Part shown: in pieces, positions 13,990-26,700 of the stretch
Position numbering within the stretch: position 1 is the stretch's first letter
Layout of the letters: each line of letters opens with the position of its first letter
The notes under the pieces: model-generated
Databases searched by the model: none
What the model saw: the letters and a program-made list of their open reading frames with translations, nothing else
Told to the model about the DNA's origin: nothing
Program-made: the position numbers and the translations under genes
Source: Octopus bimaculoides
Taxonomy: Eukaryota
Direction: 5' to 3'
Assembly: GCF_001194135.2 (NCBI RefSeq)
Contig: NC_068981.1
Coordinates: 194,584,458-194,648,457 of the forward strand
Length of the DNA stretch: 64,000 bases

Positions 13990-15061
13990 AGGTTTGGAGG
14001 TGATGCACAGGAATTATATATTAGAAAAAATAATAAGGTACTCAGATATCAACCATCCAAATATCTGAGTACCTTATTATTTTTTCTAATATATATATAT
14101 ATATATGTATATAGTATAGTTTGTTATTTGTTATATTTTTGGAGTGTGTGTTCTTAGAGAGTCTTTTATTTCATAACTTCAAAGTAAGAACCGGTGGTTG
14201 CTATTAAGTTTACTGAGAAATACATCAAATGAATTACTTGACAACAAAATGTCATCCTGCTTCGAACCTATTTCCAGCTTTCATTTATCATGGTTTCCTT
14301 CTGCAGTTCTTTGCTCCAGGGTGTGGCTCCCCAAAAGAGCTTCCCACATTTTACAAGTTGGCAAACATTCCAATATCAAAAGCATGGTGTGTCACCAGTC
14401 CTAACTATGATGGTAACTGAGAAAATAGTTTAACATTAGCAACATGAAGACATTAATTTGACTAGTGCCACCCCACTGGCTTGTGTAAATTTGGGGAGGT
14501 TTTGTCTGCCGCACCCTGTGTAAGTGATTGTGTTAAATCAATGATTCTTGTTTTATTTGCTGTGTTTTATTGTTATTCATAACTGTTTTTTGTTTTTGTT
14601 GTTCTCTTCCACAGACCAATGGATGAACGGCAATCAGTGTTTGATCGACTCAAGAAACTCTTCACAGCTGTAGCTCTTAGAGAATTTAGGTAATTTCATT
14701 GGATTTAAATGAGAAAAGAAACGAAAGAGAGATGGATGTGTGTGAATTCAAATCTGCTGAAATGTTGGGTCCTCAACCTTTTAACATTTAAATCACTCAG
14801 GTCCGGCTCAAATATTGTACTTGTTTTATGTTCACACTGACCAGATCTAGCCTCTCACACCTACTCTATAACGTCATTCTAAAAATAAGCATTAACATTA
14901 GGAGCAGGAGTGGCTGTGTGGTAAGATGCTTGCTTCCTAACCACATGGTTCCGGGTTCAGTCCCACTGCGTGGCACCTTGGACAAGTGTCTTCTATTATA
15001 ACCTCGGGCTGACCAAAGCCTTGTGAGTGGATTTGGTAGACGGAAACTGAAAGAAGCCCGT

Positions 15062-15106
<45 letters not shown>

Positions 15107-18100
15107 GTGTATGTGTGTGTCTGTGTTTGTCCCCCCAACATCGCTTGACAGCCGATGCTGGTGTGTTTATGTCCCTGTAACTTAGCGGTTTGGCAAAAGA
15201 GACCGATAGAATAAGTACTAGGCTTACAAAGAATAAGTCCTGGGGTCAGTTTGCTCGACTAAAGGCGGTGCTCCAGCATGGCTACAGTCAAATGACTGAA
15301 ACAAGTAAAAGAGAGTAAAGAGTAGAGAGTAACATCATCAAAATCTTGAATTTGTGAATTAATGCAAGATTAATTAAAGACTATGAATAAATAAGCATTT
15401 CATTTGACAGAATAATCTGAATGCTGACGAGTTAATTACGAAATTAGTTCAATATGACCCCTCATTTGTTGTTTTGGTTGTTTATTAAACAACATCTTAT
15501 TGATTTAAGTGAAACAACATAGAATCTGAGCCCAATGATCCAATTAAATTATAAATCAAAAACAACTTTAGCTATGTAAACCTTATCAATTGCACATTCC
15601 CTGTCTTTGTGTTTTATTTATACACTGAATTTGCTGCAGGATGGTGTTCAGGGAACACTTCCCATACAAGGCTGAGTGTTAACAAACACTTACAGACCAG
15701 ATGTGACAGCTCACTTTGCAATCACCAAGAATGGTAGATATATCTATGTCACCATTGTTGTCGCTTATCAATACCACATGACAGGCTTCTTTCAGTTTCC
15801 TTCTGCCAAATTAACTTACAAGGTTTAGATTGACCCAGCCACGTGAAAAGCACTAAGTCCATTCTGCTGAGTGGTTGGTGTTAGCAAGGGTATCTAGCTG
15901 TAAAGATCCTTCCAAAATAGTCGCTGAAGTCTAGTGCAGGCTTCAGCCTGGCCAGCTTTTGTGGTACCATCCCACCCATGCCAGCATAGAAGGCAGATGT
16001 TAAACGATGACGATGATGATGATGATGATGGTGATTTATCCAAAGTTTCATGCTGTGAGACTGGACCTTAACTACATCGTAGTCGGGAAGATTTTACCCC
16101 TTCTTATTTTCAAATCTGTTTTACAGTTCCAAATTACTTCCAAATCAATTATTTTATTTATATCTTTCAGCCTTAGTGGAAACTCTCATTATCAAAACTT
16201 TGAAGAAATTCTCAGCCTCCTGAAAGCTCTTGAAGAACGGGAAAAGATTGTTTATGGTAAGTTCTTCAACTTTATATTTACAAGAGTTGTTGTTTAGCCC
16301 CTGGTCAGCCTTGATTGAGCAGACATATGATTATAGGCATTCCAGTCATGACCATCCTTTTTAAGTATAATCCATCCAAGACTATGTTTATTCTGAATTT
16401 ACATTTTGTTCCCTATTTAAGATGGTACATTGGTCATTCTGTTCCCTTTTTAACTATTCCCACAAGCTCTCAAACCACCCCTAAACTCTGCCCATAAATG
16501 TACTCAGCATTTAATCCTTTAGCATTAAAACTGGCCACATCCAGCTCAAATATATTCTCAGACCAGCCAGATTTGGTCTCTCACACCTACTCTGCAATGA
16601 CATTGTAAAAATAAACAACCACATCATTGAAAGCTTGAATCTGCAAGATAATACAAGATTAATTCAAACCAGTGTGACTAAATAAACATATTTACCAGAG
16701 TAATCTGAATGCTAAAGGGTTAACTCTGAGTATCAACTCAGAATAGTTCCAGACCCAAACAATGTATTACCTCCCCGACCACACACCCTTCCATTCTAAT
16801 GCGGAACTGGTTTTAGTCTAAAACTTCTATCTTTTACAGGTCCATCATCCTTTGAGGTGAAGAACATAAAACAATTGGAATATCATATTTTTTACCAAAG
16901 TCTTCAGTTTGTTGAAGTGCCACATGAAAATAACAGTTCTTCAGCACAGAGAGGCCGCAGTAAAACAAACAGTAAGTGGTTGCCATTTATTACAGTTTGA
17001 ACTTTGACCAAAATCCTCCATGCGGTGTCTTTCTGATGCCATTGGAATACTAGCTACTAGGAACCTCTTTTAGCAGCATCCTGAAGGCTAGTAGCTGTTT
17101 CAACCTGTGGTGCCAGTGCCATGTAGAAAGCATTGGTGATGGTGCCATATAAAAAGCATCCAGTACACTTTGTAAAGTGGTTGGCATTATGAAGGGTATC
17201 CAACAATAACAACTATGTCGAAGCAGACATTGGATCCTGGTGCAGCTGTCTGGCTAACCTGCTCCTGTCAAACTGTCCGACCCATGCCAGCTTGGAAGAT
17301 GGACGTTAAATGATGATGAACAGCTAATAGCATTTAACACACTTTCTATCTATATTGATATTGTGGGGAATAATATGGAATGGTTAAAATATGTGAGACA
17401 AAATGGCTGAGTTCCTTTCAAATATTGTGCTTCATGGAGGCAAAGTGGCTGAGTTTCTTCCAAGCATTGTGCCTCATGGAGGCAAAGTGGATAAGTGGCA
17501 CAAGTGTTGTGCCGCATGGAGGCAAAGTGGTTGAGTTCCTTTCAAGCCTTGGGCCTCATGGAGGCAAAGTGGATAAGTGGCACAAGTGTTGTGCCGCATG
17601 GAGGCAAAGTGGTTGAGTTCCTTCCAAGCGTTGTGCCTCATGGAGGCAAAGTGGATAAGTGGCACAAGTGTTGTGCCGCATGGAGGCAAAGTGGTTGAGT
17701 TCCTTTCAAGCCTTGGGCCTCATGGAGGCAATGACTGAGATTTTTGACATTGTGTTGTGCTTGAGAAGACCCATCAAGCCGAGCAAAATTGCAGTTGTGA
17801 CAGACATCGGTGTCGTGCAAATGGCACATAAAAGCACCCATTACACTCTCAGAGAGGTGGGCATTAGAAACGGCATCCAACCATAGAAAACCATGCCAAA
17901 TCAGACTGGAGTCTTGTGCAGCTTACCAGCCCTGGTCAAACTGTCCAACCCATGCCAGCATGGACAACGGACATTAAATGATGATGATGAGGAGGAGGAG
18001 GATGAATTAGTTGTCCCTCTGGTCTTCCATTAGGGTATCTTCTGATATATCTTTAGTGATCCCTCTGGTGTACCATAGGAGATCTTGTATTAATGCTTTA

Positions 18101-20724
18101 GCATTTATTTGTTGTTATATTAGGGGCCACTGTCATTCTATTACTATCACATTCTGGTGTTACCTTAAGGGTTCATTTATATCTTAATATAAACATTAGG
18201 GTCCAAATTGTTCTTTTTTTTTATGACCCTTCTGTTTGTTTATTTTGCAATTATTTATTTATTTATTTTTCTGTTCTATTTCAAGATGAGCAACAACAAA
18301 GCCTAAAAAACAAGGAACTGAAGAATTCGCAGTGGTCTTTGTTGCCTTTGTCTGATCCCACAGACAAATTCCTCTCCAACATATCCCAGTGGTCAACTCT
18401 ATGGGGTCAGAAAAAGAAGAAAGAGACCAATAAAGTGGCAGGATCTGAACTCTCTGACCGTTTAAGAAAACTAATTGTCATGGCTGTAGATCTGGTAGTG
18501 TTTGGGGGTAAGAACCTTTGTTTTTGCTTGGTTTATTTTGTTTGGTGTGTGGAGGTGCTGTACTCTTATTTGTGTTGTAGAGTACTTTCACTCAACATTT
18601 ACTTGTGTGAGTTGACAAATGTCATTTCTGGTGTGTGTGTGCAGACATGGCTATGTGGTTAAGAAGCTTGCTTTGCAACCATGTGGTTTTGTGTTCAGTC
18701 CCACTGCATGGTACCTGAGAAAAGTGTCTTTTAGCATAACCTCAAGCAGACTAATGCCTTGTTGAGTGAATAATTTGTTTGGTAGAAATTGTATGGAAAC
18801 CAGTTGTGTGTGTGTGTGTGTCTATATCTCACATGGATAGGAAAGCCTTCTTTTTTCTGTCGAGGGCTTATATGCCCCTTTATTCGACTATTTTCCTTAG
18901 TCATTGCATGGTGACCGCCATAAGCTTTAAGCTTATATAAAAATACCAACATTATTATTTACAGGATTGTAAGTCACAACACCGTAATAAAAAGACCATT
19001 TGCACCGAAAGCATATATATATATAAATGGAACAAAAACGCAATAGAGGACAATAAAAACATTCGAACAGATGACGATACAAGTAAATATGGGGTTGAAA
19101 ATAGAATTTTGGATAGAAAAGGTCAAAGGTTATGTGATGTGCCACCAGAGCTAATGTTCCAAAAAAACGAATTATTTTATAGTGTGTCATCATCATCATC
19201 GTTTAACGTCCGTTTTCCATGTTGGCATGGGTTGGATGGTTTGACTGAGGTCTGGAGAGCCAGGAGGCTGCACCAGGCTCCAATCCGATCTGGCAATGTT
19301 TCTACAGCTGGATGACCTTCCTAATGCCAACCACTCTGAGAGTGTTATGTGCCACCAGCACAGGAGCCAGTCAGGTAGGCCTTGTATTTCTTAAGATGCT
19401 CCCCTTTTATAGTGTAGTCAGTGTGGTCTTATTGTTGTTAATCCCAGGTCATCCCTGACTGGCCCAGGTCTGTGATCAGTGACATTCGAGCCATACCCAG
19501 CCATCCTTCTATCAATAATTGCACATCTAGGATTACGTTCTCCAGTTTGTTCTTTTCTTTCCATGATGGTAGCATGTAACTTGAGTGAAATTTGGCTGTT
19601 ATTTCTAGCAGCTATAGCATTGCTGTGCCATCAAAACGGTATGTTTGTCAGTATGGTGTAATATGTGGCTTTGATGTCTCTGATATATTCTCTAACCATA
19701 AATCTTTATTATATAATTTATTCATGTATACATATTACTATATCAATATATCTAGATAATGACTCCAGCTCCATAGCTACTGGACTTAAGTTGACCTTTG
19801 TATTCAATGGACCCAGTGACGCATTTACATCAGACAGCCAGTTTCGGACACATCTGCTGGACTTCTTAGTGAAATCTTTGGCCAGCATACAGGTCAGTGT
19901 ATGTCCTTTTTTCTCTCAATCTTCCCCACTTTTTGGTCTCCTTCCAATGCTGCAACTTTCCCTCTGGCCCCTCCCATTGCTGCGACCTTCCCCCTGGCTC
20001 CTCCTATCGCTACGGCCTTGCCCTTGGCTCCTTCCATTGCTATGGCCTTCTTCCTGGCTCCTCCCATTGTAGCAGCCTTCATCCTGGCTCCTTCCAGTTA
20101 TGTGGCCTTCCCCCTGGCTCCTCCCATCTCTGCGGCCTTCCCCCTGGCTCCTCCCATCTCTGCGGCCTTCCCCCTGGCTCCTCCCATCTCTGTGGCCTTC
20201 CCCCTGGTTCCTTCCATCTCTGCAGCCTTCCCTCTGGCTCCTTCCATCTNNNNNNNNNNNNNNNNNNNNNNNNNNNNNNNNNNNNNNNNNNNNNNNNNNN
20301 NNNNNNNNNNNNNNNNNNNNNNNNNNNNNNNNNNNNNNNNNNNNNNNNNNNNNNNNNNNNNNNNNNNNNNNNNNNNNNNNNNNNNNNNNNNNNNNNNNNN
20401 NNNNNNNNNNNNNNNNNNNNNNNNNNNNNNNNNNNNNNNNNNNNNNNNNNNNNNNNNNNNNNNNNNNNNNNNNNNNNNNNNNNNNNNNNNNNNNNNNNNN
20501 NNNNNNNNNNNNNNNNNNNNNNNNNNNNNNNNNNNNNNNNNNNNNNNNNNNNNNNNNNNNNNNNNNNNNNNNNNNNNNNNNNNNNNNNNNNNNNNNNNNN
20601 NNNNNNNNNNNNNNNNNNNNNNNNNNNNNNNNNNNNNNNNNNNNNNNNNNNNNNNNNNNNNNNNNNNNNNNNNNNNNNNNNNNNNNNNNNNNNNNNNNNN
20701 NNNNNNNNNNNNNNNTTTATTCTG

Positions 20725-20765
<41 letters not shown>

Positions 20766-23700
20766 CTTAATGTATTGTTTGATACTCAGAGCAACAACAT
20801 ACATCTATATGAGAAATTAAATGTTTGAAGTAAACCTACATACATACACAGAGGACATTTTCTGAGGAGGTTCACTAAGGCTGAAATATGTCCAGAGTTA
20901 CTTCCCCTGTGTTCCAAAATAATTAGGATAATATTACTTACTGATTAAATATATTTTTCCAGGCTGCATAATTTATTTTCTAATTAGATTTTTAATGCTC
21001 CTTACATTCAGTGTGTTAACACCAAGTAAACTAGAATTTATAACATGTTATTTATTTTTGAGGTTTGTGGTACATTTTGCGGTAATTTTTGTTGTATCTC
21101 TGTTCATTGTGTTCAGAATTGAAACCTCTTCCTGCCCTAGTCATTCAACCCCCTGAACAATCTTTCCTTTTCTTTGTTTTCCATTTTTAGACAGCACGAC
21201 TCATAGTCTCTATGTTGTCTCCTGTGGTTGAGTTCTACGAACGCATTTTCGTTGTGTTTTACATGGTGAAAGAAATCAAACACCGAGAGATCTTCAAGTC
21301 AATGTTTGCTTCTAGTCCTTGGGTGAGTGACCTTTTAATCTATCCTCTCCTTCCCCCTTCCTCTTCCTGCTCCCCTTCCCTTTCTTCTCCTCCCCTCCCT
21401 TCCCATCTTCCTCTTCCCTTTCCTCCCCTTCATCTGAGTATTTCTTTCCTCCACCCTCCATTAGAGTAGCTTTTCTTCCCTTCCATCAATGGATATCTCC
21501 ACACTTCCCTTTGAGTGAGTAACAAACCCCAATTCTTTGAATCAGTAACTCTAAATTCTTTCGCCAACCAACTTAATATCCTCCATGTTCCTTTGTTATC
21601 TACAAACCTTGAGCGAGTTCCTCCACATACCTTGTTCGAGTATGTCCAGAAATGCTTGAGTAACTCCACGTTCTTTAGATGAGTAACTAAACTCCTCCCG
21701 TTACTCAATGAGTAACCTACTACTCCTCATACTCCTCGAGTGACTACCTGAACTCTTCACATTTCTTTCGGTGAGTACCACTCGTCTCTGTCCTCTTTGA
21801 GGGTGAAATGCCTTTTCTATTGTTGTCTTTCCTCTTACCCCTCCTCTACGCCTTATCCCTACCCCTTTGCACCTTAGCCTCCCTACTCTCCCCACGACCC
21901 ACCAACTCTTCATTCCTAATGACCCCAATTGCTCCTCTTTGAGCAAATGAAAGGCTCCCAAAGTAGTCATTTGATCTGCTAGAGATAGCAACCAAGTCTC
22001 AAATCAAACTGTACATTTTTTTTTCAAAATGAACACATTGGATGATGTAGTTCTGAGGTATACTTTGCCTAAAAAAATACTGATTGGTCTTAGCTGGAAA
22101 GCTTTCCATCATAGATCTGTGGGGTATGACCAGCCTGGGGTTAAACATCAACCCGCATTCCTACAATACCAGCCATTTTTTTTTTCTACCTCCCTCACGT
22201 CCTCTGGCTAACCACTTCTCCTTCTCCACCTCAACCAACTCTTATCAATGTTGTAAGCTCTCCCGTATGTCCCCCTACAGGTTAACAGTCTGCTGCCTTT
22301 CCTTCATGAGCTGCTGTCCTCTTACAAAGACCAAATGTCCAACAGTCAACAGGACAACATCAACTGCCTGTTTGGTTTGCTCAAGAAATCTGGGTCACGG
22401 CTGCTCTTCTCCCCGGAGATCCACAACAACACCCCGGATAAAGGCAAGTTGGAGCAGGTACGTTCCTAACGCTCTCACTATTGTAACACATCTAAAACCA
22501 TCTGATACTACCATCGTACATTCATCATCACCATCACCATCATCATTTAATGTTTAATTTTTCCATGCTTGAATGGTTCAAATGGAATTTGTTGAAGTAG
22601 ATTTTTCTACGTCTGGGTACTCTTCCTGTTGCCAACCCTCACCTGTTTCCAAGCAAAGTAATATTTCCAGATGGCCAGACAGGTTTCTCATGGAAGGTTG
22701 GAACTGAAGGACACTGCTGGTATGATAATGTTTGTCTACGACTATCATGCCATGTCAAGGCAAGGAAACACTAACACACACACACACACACATGACAGGC
22801 TGCTTTCAGTTTTCATCTCCCAAATCCACTCTCAAGGCTTTGGTCAGCCCAAGGCTTATAGTAGAAGACATTTGCCCAAGGTGCCTTGCTGCTGCCACCA
22901 CACTACCACTGCCAAAAACACCACCACTAGAAATTCTATCATCCAGACACCCCCACCTCTCATCTGTGACCATCCCTCATGAATTCTTTTCTGTTTGTTA
23001 CATTGAAGGAAATCAAAACAGTTTCAGAACAGCTGGAAGAAGAGAAGCAGGAATGGCTGAAGAGGAGGCATCAACACTTAAGCAGGTATATACCCCCACC
23101 CTCTACTCTTTCTTTCTCCTACACACACACACATATATATAAGGATAAGGGAAATTTGGGGAGGGACACATCCAGGCAATCAATACAAATTCCAAAGCAG
23201 AAAATAAAATAAATCATCATCATCATCGTCGATTAACGTCCGTTTTTCCATGCTGGCATGGGTTGGATGGTTTGACTGAGGACTAGCAAACCAGTTGGCT
23301 GCACCAGGCTTCAATCTGATCTGGCAAGATTTCTACAGCTGGATACCCTTCCTAATGCTAACCACTCTGAGAGTGTAGCAGGTGCTTTTTACGTGCCACC
23401 GGCACAGGAGCCAGTAAGGCGAGCCTGGCAGCGATCACTTTAGGATGGTGCTTTTTACATGCCACCGGCACAGGAACCAGTACGGGGGTTCTGGCGTTGG
23501 TCACGATTGGTTGGTGCTTTTTATGTGCCACCAGCACCAGAGCCAGTAAGGCGGGCCTGGCAATGAACACGTTCAGATGGCGCTTTTTACATGCCACCGG
23601 CACACGCACCAGTCAGGTGGGTACTGGCATTGGTCACAATCAGTTGGGTTTTTTTTTAAGCGCCACCAGCAAATTTATAAATCTTATCAAATTATTACCA

Positions 23701-26700
23701 TGTAGGATTTCATCACGAAGGAAAACATCCTGATGAGTGGGGGGGCATTATGTTTCTGTATTTGGAATACTTAAAACACCATTTATACATTTATTGTACC
23801 CTTGAAACGGCTGTAGATGATATCCTTTACCTGAATTCACCTGAATCTGTATATATTTATTTTATCTACCTATTTACCCTTGAATTTTTTAATTTTGAAC
23901 TCTCGTATACACATCAAATTCTTAATCGATTCAAACAGTTCATTTTGGAAGCCCTTACCTCGAATTTTTATCTCTTTATTTGTCACTCCTCCACTCAGTA
24001 CCTGAACCCAACGTACATGATGCAGAGTTTTCACATGACATTTACATGTAATTTTGTTCACTGATTTATAAATTTATTTGTATATTTATTTGGTTGTGTG
24101 TTTAGAATTATGCTTTGAAATTTGTATCGATTACCTAGATGTGTTCCTTCTATAATTTCCCTTATCCTTTGATTTAGCTCACAATGTGCACTTCTTAACA
24201 CAGCCCATATAATGTGAAACACTTAAAAACATACTTTATAAGAAAATTTAACTATATATATATATATATATATATCGTTGCTCTTATTTTAAACTGTCAT
24301 ATGTCCAAATTTGGTCAAATGCATTTTTTTTTCAATATTTATCTTTGCTTGCAATAGCCGGTTCTTTTAGTGTCAAACTATCATATCTCCAGCTGCTTCA
24401 GTTGTCAAGATATTAAAAATTGTCGAAGTGTGGTACAACAGTTCAACTATGGAATGGTGAAACTATTTTTTTGTTTTCTGAAAACCAATATTTTGTACTC
24501 AATAGGATTTAATCCTTGTTATAATTTCTTTTATTTTTTTTTTCTTCTGTTCAGGATTCTGTATATAAAAAACGAAAGCCTTATCAAGAATTTAGCTGAT
24601 TCTGCAATGGAAGTAACACAACAAGTGTTCCGCATGCAAAACAAAGAGAGGAAAGAATTGGTCACCCATCTGAAACAGTCCATGACTGACCGAATCCAGA
24701 TTAAAAAATCCTGGCAAGATTTAGTGCAACAACTGACCCACGAGAAGTGAGTATTAGATCTGATGTAAAGATTGTTTGCCAACATAAAATGGCAGTTCTG
24801 GTTTAGGACGAATGTTGCTGTAATTTAGCCCCAGGAGACATCGTCTCCAGTTGGCTATACAACACAATCTGTGTCCTTTTATATTTTCAACATTCATCCT
24901 AAACCAGGACTGCCATGTTATGTTGGCAAACAATCTTTACTACAAAGTACTGTTGCTGAATATATCTCATTGTGAGATTTACAAATAGTAATTTTCTAAT
25001 TTATAGATCCGATACAGTTCAATATTTAAGTGATGAGGAATTATTTACATTATTTATATTAATTACATTTGACAGATATTTATCCTCATCTTGTTTGTTG
25101 TTAACTACGCCATATTCCCATGGGCATATGGTGTAGTGGTTAAGAGCATGGGCTACTAACCCCAAAATTCCGAATTCGATTCCAGGCAGTAACCTGAATA
25201 ATAATAATAATAATAATAATATCGAAAAATACCTTAGGAATGAGAACCCAGGTTCGAAATTTCCCCAAGACACCTGAAGAAGGCTAACAGGTATATCAGC
25301 TGAAACATTGTGTTAACAACAAACAAGATGAGTACAAACATCCGTCAAATGTAAATAATGTATATAGATCTGATGTGTGATATTATTTGATACATTCTTC
25401 TTGGATTATAGAATTAATTTGTTGCTTGATTTAAACATCACAATGTCTGGTCCTTGGATACTTCTTGCAAAGTTCACTCTTCAAGACAGTCTCCAGTTTG
25501 AGGATGACTTTTTCACTTCCACCAGTTTCAAAATACCTAAAAATGGTCAGAAGTGCTGCTCTTTTCCTCATCACATATCATTTCACATGCTATCACATCA
25601 TATCTGTTATTTAACACTTCTCACACATCATTTACTCTGTCTTAAAGTTGGGTTGAAAATTCCATTGGTATTATTGGATTTTTCAGCTGAAAACAATATT
25701 GTTACCATCTTTGAGATTTATAACTTGTATCTTTATCTTTTAAATTATTTCTTGTCTTCTATTTATTATGTCTTTTAATTAGTCAACATCCATTTCTATT
25801 TAGTTCATCCCTCTAACAGCCCCTATTGTCTTTTTATTTTCTTCTTTCTCAGGGCCATATGGTTTTGCCCCCAGTCATATCCTCGATCATGGCAGCTAGA
25901 TCCAACGGAAGGACCCTGTCGAATACGAAAGAGAATGCAAAGGTGCCACTTGGGGATTTCTGAAAGATATATCAGTCCTAAATTTTGGGACAAGTTAAGT
26001 AAGTATAATTAAATCTTGGCTGTGTGATTATGAAGTTCACTTTAGAGAGGGAGTTGCGGGGAGGGGAAAGCTGTTAGTGATATAAATCTATTTTGGAAAG
26101 GGAGAAAACTCATGGGAGGTTTCGGTTATTCTGACCTCATCAGTGAACTGTACATCAGGAGTTGGCAAAGTGGTCAATATTTATTTCTTTATTGCCCACA
26201 GGGGGCTAAATATAGAGAGGACAAACAAGGACAGACAAACGGATTAAGTCGATTACATCAACCCCAGTGAGTAACTGGTACTTATTTAATCAACCCCAAA
26301 ATGATGAAAGGGAAAGTTGACCTTGGCGGAATTTGAACTCAGAACGTAACGGCAGACAAAATACCACTAAGCATTTTGCCCGGAATGCTAACGATTCTGC
26401 CAGCTTGCTGCCCTATGTGGTCAATATTGACCACAAGGTTATCCAAGGAGTCAATAAACACTTGAAAAGATTCTGAGCAGGAGACCCAGGAAGACATGGG
26501 ATGAAGTGGTGAAGCATGACCTTCGGACATTGGGCCTCACAGAGGCAATGACAAAAGACCGAGACCTCTGGAGATATGCTGTGACTGAGAAGACCCAGCA
26601 AATAAAGTGAGTTCACAGCTGTAAACTACACCAGTTTCGCATAACCAGCCCACTCAAAAAGTACCTTGGATCGTAGGGCGACACGCTGTGCTTGAGGAGA

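Noticed and set aside
15640-15733. AG...GT-bounded open segment as an alternative LYST exon
   Set aside because: In the phase-2 frame required by intron 9 it hits TAA; no LYST similarity.
17400-17730. CRISPR-like regular repeats
   Set aside because: Units are tandem with no unique spacers, in a eukaryotic intron, with no cas genes.
21330-21990. Pyrimidine-rich tract with minus-strand ORFs
   Set aside because: Degenerate low-complexity sequence with no domain signature or clear periodicity.
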